Source: an uncultured Planctomycetales bacterium (GTDB taxonomy: Bacteria; Omnitrophota; Gorgyraeia; Zapsychrales; Zapsychraceae). From it: a stretch of 64,000 nucleotides of DNA. Shown one piece after another: positions 54,001 through 63,000 of this stretch. The notes beneath the pieces were generated by a model. That model saw nothing but the letters and a program-made list of their open reading frames with translations. It was not told the origin of the DNA and did no database searches. The stretch's first letter is position 1. Each line of letters starts with the position of its first letter. The stretch covers positions 2,403 to 66,402 of the forward strand of contig CAYIMR010000001.1 in assembly GCA_964364455.1 (NCBI GenBank), given 5' to 3'. The translations under genes were made by a program, and so were the position numbers.

Positions 54001-57000
54001 CAAAGACGAATCCGTAATAGGCGCGCGGATACAGGGACCGCAATGCCCTGAAGGCCGCTCCCGCCACAATGACTGAAACCCCCGTCCCAAACATCCCTTC
54101 TGTAAAGAAATAGCCCCCGGCCAAAAGGCTGGTCAGGCTGAAACCCCCTCCATAAACGCGCAATAGGATCTTCAGGCCCGCAAGAGCTGAAATCACAGGC
54201 AAAGACAAAAGTCCGAGGATAATCAAGAACGCCGCCGCTGCTGCCTGAAGCCTGTTGGCAATCAGGCTCTTCCATACGCCGGCCACGCGGCCTATCCCGC
54301 GGCGAGAGGCGCCTTTCGAATCAACAGGGCTGGAGGCGTTTTCAACGATAGACAAAGGATGAGGGATAAAAGATACGGCCATCCCTCGTCCCTCATCCTT
54401 CGTCCCTCGTCCTTCGTTAATTGAGCGCGCTGGTTGAGGTTCGGTAGCGCGGAATTCGCTTGTCACTAAAAGCTTCACAGACAAGTTGCTGGATACGGCT
54501 TTCGCTGAAGCCATCGAGTTCTTCCCAGGTTTGGTTGATACCATTGCGTTGGTACGCACGGTTCTCACCGGTGAGAACAAGATAGACCTTAAGGCGGTTA
54601 TGATCTTTGTCTTTTGCTGTAACAATGACGCAATTCGACGTGGGAACGTAGACAAAATGCTTGACTTCAAGGTTTGCACAGCTTGTGTTAAGTCGGACCA
54701 TGACAGACCTCCTTTGTTTTCGTCGCTCGTCGCTCGTATTTCGTATTTCGTAACGGGACGAACAACAGAAAGGGCATGATCAGTCCCAACCAAAACACCG
54801 GGACCAACCAGACCCTTTCGATTAACCACTTGATTTAATTTATCCTGTGCCCAAATAACTAAACGAGATACGAGATACGAGATACGAGATACGGCATTAG
54901 GTAAGCGGGCAAAGTAAGCAGCAAGCAGCACGGATAATAAGGCGATCAGGATCGTATTATTATCCATATTGCCTTTTAAAGCGGAGACAGACGGAATAAT
55001 ACTGAAGAGGGCGGTTAAACCCCTGGCGGTATTCGCGTTAACTCCTTCGGACACACGACGAGAAACATCCGAACGCTCACGCGAATCTTGAAGCGGTAAT
55101 CCAATCGGACTTGCGGCTGCACTAAACCAGCTCTCCCTGGACTCGCGGCTTCCAGCTACACCTTCAGAAGCTTCACGTGCTCCAAGGACGTTTCTGTATT
55201 GATCAACAAGGCCTACATTCGTAGAACCTTGATTGTATCCAACCCTATCAGCAGCATTGCCGTTGATTCCAATAGTCCTTACATCTATAACTACGGACCA
55301 GAGAACCTCAACAGCTTCGTTCCTGGTTAAGGCCTGCCCTACTTCTAATCCAGCAGACACTCCAAGAACTCGAACGATCCTATACCCATCATTTCTGATG
55401 GACACAGACCGCGCACTGCTTTTTCCACTTATAAGAACCACATACTGAGCTAATCCAGACCCAACTGTCGCAGGGCCAGATTCAGAATTCTTCTTATCAG
55501 CCAATTCTGAAATGGCTTCAACTTCACCAGCTGTCCTATATTCACGAGATCCCTTCCTGTTAACCAGGACGAATTCGTGTCCATAGTACTTCAGCACTTG
55601 CGCTACTAACTCCGCTACTTCTGCCAACCGTCCTCTAACATATATATATATCAGAGTAGATTGGGTACTTCTGCTGCTATTCACTCCATTCGCCACTCTT
55701 ACTGCCTGAGACACACTTCGAGAATCAGCTACTCCTTCATTTTGACCATTATGGCTTAACCCATTATGATCTGATGAGTTAGAAACATACACTTCTGACT
55801 TCTCTACTGCAAACACCACTTCTACTGTATTCTTTATCCGCTCTCCTGCCTTTTGCACTGCCTGATCCACTGCGGAAGTGGACGGCAGCTTCCAAATGCC
55901 CGGACTAGGACCGCTTCTGCCAAAGTTTGTACTAGTGTCCTGAGAAACCTGCCTGATTGGGTTATGTGCCCTGGAAACTTCTTCCTTTATATCAGGAGCC
56001 TCACCAATGCTGTTTTTCTTAATCTGGGCATACCAATCATTATGACTTGGGGCCTTTTTCACCACCTGGACTATCGGAACATCCCCAACAACACGACTGG
56101 GCGGAATGCCACCGACCGCTATTGCGGGGATGGCGGTAGCAGGCCGATCATCCCGGCCAAATGGTAACGCATCTGTTCTGGTTCCCGTATCCGCCTTGGT
56201 CGTCATAGACCCACGATCAAGCTCGTAGGTTCCCTTGATATTGCCTTTCTGATCGATCTTAAAAGGTGTCTTTCGGTCACGAGCGAGGCCAAGCTGCATA
56301 ACAGGCAATGACAGGATAGGTGCGATAACTGGCGTTCCAGGACCAAAATCTGGCGGCATAATAATAATAGGTGTTGGCGGAACAGGCAGTATGGCCTTCT
56401 CTGGGGCTAAAGAAGGTGTCATGGTCTTGAGTGCCGGCTGACCGTCAGCGGCTGTTGTTGCGGATGATTCCACCGCCGCTGACTCTTTATTCTTGCCCGA
56501 GAAAAACTGTTTCAAATCTTCGAAGAATTGCCCCACCCCGCGCAAGAGCGCCGGCACAGCGTATAATTCCTTCATGCGTTGCGCCGTTTCCGCGGCTTTT
56601 CCGGAAACTACCGGCGAAGAGGCGCCGCCTTCAGCCTCAACCAGCGAGCTGGCTACCTTGTTTCCATCAACCTGCAATTCCCCAATTTCAGAATCGAATT
56701 CAATTATCCTGGTTGCGAGGCGGCCCTCGTTCATGTATTCCGCGTAATTCCCTCCTACCTCCTTTAGCTCATCCCTAACTACATTGACAAACTTATCAAA
56801 GCCGTAATCTTCGCTGGTTTCATTTAAAACCAACCGTACCTTTAAATTATTAAGGCCAGCCCCTGAACCTTTAAATTTATTTAACATCACGCCATTAATA
56901 AAATTCTTCGTATATTTTTGCATCTCGGCCGCAGAAGCCATCGAAAGAGGAGGGGTTAAATGCCCTAAAACCGCAACTTTATTATTGAGATCATATACAA

Positions 57001-60000
57001 GAACTCCCAAGCTTCCGGCTAAATTCCGTGTGGTTAATTTCCCCTTGCCTGTTTCGGCACCCCCGACAGGAACCTCAACGGGGAGAAAAGGAGTCACCTC
57101 ATTTACCGCCTGCTGAATCTTTTGATTAAATTCCCGGATCTCTTCTTTAGTGATGTTTCCTTCCTCCGCGCGTAAGCGCCGCTTGCGAATATCCTCTTCG
57201 GAGTCAAACTTGATTTGTTTTGTTCCAATGTCATCAATGACCCTTCTTACCAGCATCGCGGCGGCCACAGATGCCTTGATGCCATCTCGCAAGAAACTTT
57301 GTTTTTCACGGCCATCCAACAAACCCACATACAGTTGTTCATTCGCCTCAATGTTCTGTAAGGAATCTCTATAGCTCGCCTCAACCCGCCTGTTGGCCTG
57401 CTGGAGCATGCCTTCATAAAAATCCTTTGACCGCGTTTTCACATCCACCAAACCCAACAGATCAGATACGACATTCTCCCTTTGAGCAAACAACTCTTCG
57501 CTGCCGATGTATAAGAAAGCGAGGGCGTTCATTAACCTATCCTTATCCTTCTGCTCAATCTTACCGATATCTTTTCTCTCCTGATAATAAGTCCTATTAA
57601 TAACCTTGTAATCAACCGGCCCTAAGTCTGTTTCCCATCTGCCGTTTATAAGACCGCGCGTATCATCGGGCAGTTCCGCGACAATAACAACATCAACATC
57701 TTTCCACAGGCTGCTTCCATGGGCCGCGGCATACACAATTTCTGCCTTTTCACCTAATTCCGCGCGCACATTATTCGGGACAATTTCTTTCAACCTTCTC
57801 TTTTCAGCTTCGGTCATCGGGCTGGAGGCGCCCTTGGACTGGGCCAAAACAATTCTTCTTTGCGCCGCGCTGGTATTTTGCGCCTGACGAATCATCCATT
57901 CTCCAATGGCTTGCTCAGGGGCCGTCATCTCTTTGCCGGGTAAACTTTGGATTTCCGTCGGCGTGAAAGGTTCAGCCTCGGCCACCATGCGGTTGAGAGG
58001 GATCTTTCCCTCATTTAATAACTGATAAGGCTTAACCTCCTTATTTTTAACCTCTTCCCCTTTGGCATCAGCGCGTCCTTGACCATAGGCAATGTCCCTA
58101 TTATCAATTAACTCAGCTGGCACACCTTTTAGCGGTATGCGCACAAAACCACCTGTGACAGCCGGCAATGTTTCCGTATGACTTGTTAATTGGGAAAGGT
58201 TGAAATTCCCCTGGGACCTGATCTTCTGATATTGCTGCGAAGAAATCTTCAATATATTCGCGTCCCGGGCTTCCACTTTAATTTCATAATCATTCACCCG
58301 TTCTGCCTTAAGGCCTATTGCTGTTGCCTGGATATTTCTCCCCTTGGCATCCTTGATCACCGGAACAGGGATATCCGCGTATTCGCTATTAATCCTTTGA
58401 CTATCAAAGGCAACCTCATAAAGATCGCCGGTAACACGGTCAACGAGATGGATTTCAGGAGCCCCCGCCTGAGGAGATACCTTTGATCGGCGCGGCATTC
58501 GCACAACCACTTCCGGCTGTGCAATGGCATATTCAACAGGTGTTAAATTATCCGGATGATCAAATTCCTGCCGCATAACCCTTGGCAAATTATGTTGAAT
58601 GTATGCGCCCACATCCATTGATGTCTGCCCAATAGCCTCTTGAGCGACTAAATCAGCCACCGTTAACTGACGGTCAATGATCTCATCACCGGCCTGACGG
58701 CCATGAACATTTGAGATGGCCCCGATATTATTGCCATCCAGGCGATAAACCAGGATATCCTGGTTAGCGGCATCCCAAACAACAATGCCATATTCGTCCG
58801 AACCCGGCCCCATCCTTGAAACAATGGCCAAATTCTCCGCAGGGCGTGTACGGGCCACCATATTGATGAAGGCCTTATAGTTATCATTACCGACAAAAAT
58901 ATTCTGTTTACCGGGTATTCGAGAGCTTGTATAACTCGCCTGGCTGGCAATCATCGAATCAATAATTTTCTTTGCCCCGGGGATATCCCCAAAATCAACC
59001 GCATCATAAAACGCTTCTTCTGTCTCTCCGGGGATCTGTCCTGAATACCCTTGCGAGAGAGTATCAAACCCGAAGTCCTCTATGCCGATAACCTTTGCCT
59101 CACGGATCGCTTGTTGCATATCCGGCGTATACGTCGCAACCGCGCTCATCGGCGCCGTCTTGGATTCTTTCAATAATGGTTCTCGAATTTTTATTAACCG
59201 TTGGTTCACTGTCTTATCTGTTCCCGGAGCGTCCGGCCTTTTTAGCGCCTCCTCGACAATCGCCTGCCGCGTTTGCGGCAATTTGTTGCTGAATTCACTT
59301 AATTGGACATACTTCCCTGCCTGGAGAGCCTCGCTATAAAGATTATCGGCTATTTGCTTGGCTTCTGTTAAATTGACTTCTGCCCCACCGGTATAAACCG
59401 GTGAAATACCCGCGTAAAAATTCAAATCCCCTGCCCCAAAGGCATCCACCTTCTCTTTTAATTCCGGATGCTCTTCCGCGATCTCTGTTTTAATACGGTT
59501 AACAATTTTATTCCTGAAATTATCGGTCACCGCGTCTGTCCTCAAGAGAACATTGCTTAAAACATCCTCGGTGAAACTAACCCCTCTTTCCGCGCGGGCA
59601 TTTCTTTCTCTATACCCGGCTACTTGTGCCTGCCGCGGGACCATTACTTGAGGAGCGCCCTCGAAAACAACAGCATAATTAGGCCCGGCCTTATAGATAT
59701 CAAAATCAATATCTTCTTCATTTAACGGTGCCTCGCCCTCTTTAACCGTTTGATTGTAACTCTTGACCGTCTCGCGAATGGCTTCTCGAATCGCACCATT
59801 TATCTCAGGGCCGGTATACGCCAGGACCTTATCCCCTATTTCATGGCCAACCCCTAATTCTTCACCCAGGGTATTAAGCCATTTCAGATCCTGAAGTTTG
59901 ATCATTGAAATACTAACGGCCTCCTTCCCCTTCTTCACTCGCGATATTAAATCCTCCTGGAGTTTAGAATAACTCTTGACTCCACCCGTTCTCGTAAATC

Positions 60001-63000
60001 TTTGTTGAAGGCTCTCAAATGTTTTGACAACGCCGCTAATAGCTGACTTGTCAACCGGGGATCTGGCCTTGACCGGCGAACTGGACGCCTGAGGGTTCAA
60101 AACATCTTTGATCTTCGGCGAAATGGTGATTTTCATATCGCGGGCCGGTTCCACCGGGCTGCTGGACGACGGGCCTTGAACCAATTCGGGCGGCGCCGCC
60201 TGAATTGACTGTCCCATGACCGGCGAGCTGGAAAGTTTAATAGTGACAAGACTTCCTTCCGCCCAACCCCGGGCATTGAAAGACCCAAAGGATCCGTCGT
60301 CAAACTTCACGTGAACGACAAACGTGTTAATACCGTATCCCCTCGGCATAAATCTGAAACTATGAATCGTGCCTAACCCCTGAGCGGTGTGCTTAACTCT
60401 TGCGCCTTTCACAACACCCTTTTCTCTCAGAGAGCCCAGCAATTCCCGTGCCCCCTCTTTTTCCTCTGGAGTCAACTTCACCGGCGAGGCCGCGGATTGA
60501 GGTTCCCTGCGCCCGATCACCACTGCACCCCAATTGGGCCCTCTCGAAATGGGCACATTTGCTACAACTTTTAACCCGGATTCTTCCATTTCAGAGACAG
60601 AATCAAAATGCCTCGTCTCTCCGCGTCCACCACTATTCATCACAACATGCCCGCCCGGGCGCAGATTCGAAACAACTTTTTTGAAAAGATCCCCGCCTAA
60701 GAAAGGAGAATAACTCACATATAAAACATCATAACCGCTGGCACCGTCGAGAGAATCGCTGGTAACTTCAGGAGGCACAAATGACGCAGCGTCTTTGTTG
60801 ACATAGTAAATGATCTCACGATTTTTTATCCTGCCATCTGTCGCCGGAAGGCCGAACGTAAAGACGGCCCTGGAGGCATCGCTCAAATCCATATTCAAAT
60901 CAACGGCTCCTACCCCTCGCAGTTGTTTCTCGATGGCCGTGAAGTTATCCAGTCCGTTCGTATCTCCCATGAACTGCCGGGAGAGATCTACAAATACATA
61001 ACGCGAGGCATCTGTTGCGGCCAAAGGTCCAAGCACATCAAATCCAGCGCCGGGATAATAAACCGTGATATCCCTGCTGCCATCAGGATTGATTGCCGAA
61101 GGGCCGATCCTCCCCAGCATCTCAATCTCAAACGCCCTAACGGGCCGTGTCTCTTCGGTCAGCTCAGGCCCAAAATTCACGCCGCCTTTTAGACGTTCAA
61201 TAAAATGTTTCCTATTCCCAGGTTGCCCCACAGGGCTGCTGGAAGCGATAAGGTCACGGGCCGCGGCTGCATAATCTCTCTCTTTTGCAGGAAGCCTTAC
61301 AAGATACGCCTCATCAATGCTTGCGGCCAACTGCTTAATAAACGTTTCAGAAACATGCCCGCCCCAGGGACTGTTCTGCCTAATACTTGCCATAAGGGCA
61401 TCCGTGCCCTCAATCTTTTCAACCGTCTGAGAGGTATAATCCGGGCTGACGTCAAGCAGAACAACCTTGTCCACCGTAACAAACTCGGGCCTCTGATTCA
61501 CATCTGCTCTGATAAGCTTGCCGTTCTGCTCCCTGTCCCTGTAAGGCAATCTCCCAGCACCTTTAACATAGTTGGGGCCGGCAATAAAAGTTTCATCAAA
61601 GAAAAATCCGACAGGGATGTCATCAATTACCAGGGCATAATCGCGTGGGTTCAAGTCAAAAATTTCACGGCTCAAAGTAGATTTGCCGCTTTCCGGAACG
61701 CCCAGAATCAGCACCCCTCCATTTGTCCGATTGTCAACGAGGACATTGCCGTGTATCGAATAGACATCCGCATCTTTCAATCCAAGGTCACGCAGCTCCT
61801 GCTTTAATGCCACAGGGAGACTGACATTCTTCAAATTATCCAAGCCGGTTTTAACCTTTTTGTATATCCGGTTGGAAAGATTCAGCACATCTTTCAGGGT
61901 CACCGGCGAGGAGGCGGCAAGATAGGCCGCGGCGGCCGCGTAATCCTTCTTTTCTTCATTTTCAGGAAATTTCACAAGGTACGCTTCATCAATGCTCGCG
62001 GCCAACTGCTTAAGAAATTCCTCAGAGACATGCCCGCCCCAGGGACTGTTCCGCCTGATGATTTCTATAATAGCCTCGGGTGAATTAATTTTCTCAACTG
62101 TCTGGGAGGTGTACGCGGGGCTGACTTCAAGCAAAACAACCTTCTTAACCCTTACAAATTCAGGCATCCGATTTACGTCCGCATCATTTATGAGTTTTCC
62201 TGTCCGATCTCTGTAAGGCAACGTCCGCGCCCCTTTGACATAGTTAGGACCGGCGATGAATGTCTTCTCATCAAAGAAGAACCCAACAGGAATATCGTCA
62301 ACAACCAGGGCGTGGCGGCGGCTCAAATTCAGAATCTCATGGCTCAGTAAGGATTTTCCACTTTCCGGGGCCCCCAAAATCAGAACACCCTTGTCTGTCT
62401 GAGTGTCAACGAGAACATTGCCATGCATCGGATACACCTTCCGATGGAGTTTTTCCTCTAATGTCGTTGGGAGGCTGACATTTCTTAGATCATCTAATCC
62501 CTCCTTTATTTCTTTATATGTTGTATCGGCCGTATTGAGGACTTCTCGCAATTGGGATTTGAATCCGTCATCGTCTCGACGGCCTGAGGACAGCCTGCCA
62601 GCTTTTCTGAAATAATAACTATTCTCACCCAGCGGCTTGAATCCTAATCCCTTGAAGAATCCTTCCCAGGCCGCTTGCGCTCCCGATTCTTCTCCTAAAT
62701 AGACAAGATTCGTACCCAAAGAATAGTCTGTGCCAAATTCTTGAACAAATTTACGTACCAGCTCTCTGCCGTACCCATTACCGCCCGCTTGCGTCCCGAC
62801 CTCGACATGATACAAATTGAGGAACTTGTCATTGTCCGGATTAGGCTGAATGGCCACAAGGACGGCGTCGGGACGTTTGCTGTCTCCCATGTAGAGAACT
62901 TCTACTTTTGTATTTTGCTTAAAGGCTTCTAAAATATTTTGATCATTGCTGCCGACCTTTCTTTCTAACCGGCTAAAGGCTTTAAAATTATCCAGGATAT

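Noticed and set aside
54800-54860. Possible c-di-GMP riboswitch upstream of the nested gene
   Set aside because: Only superficial GCACAG/GAAA similarity; the conserved two-stem pattern is not evident.
15551-54892. CRISPR array, tRNA/rRNA or IS element
   Set aside because: Repeats are spacer-less heptamers; no tRNA/rRNA signatures or transposase motifs were noticed.
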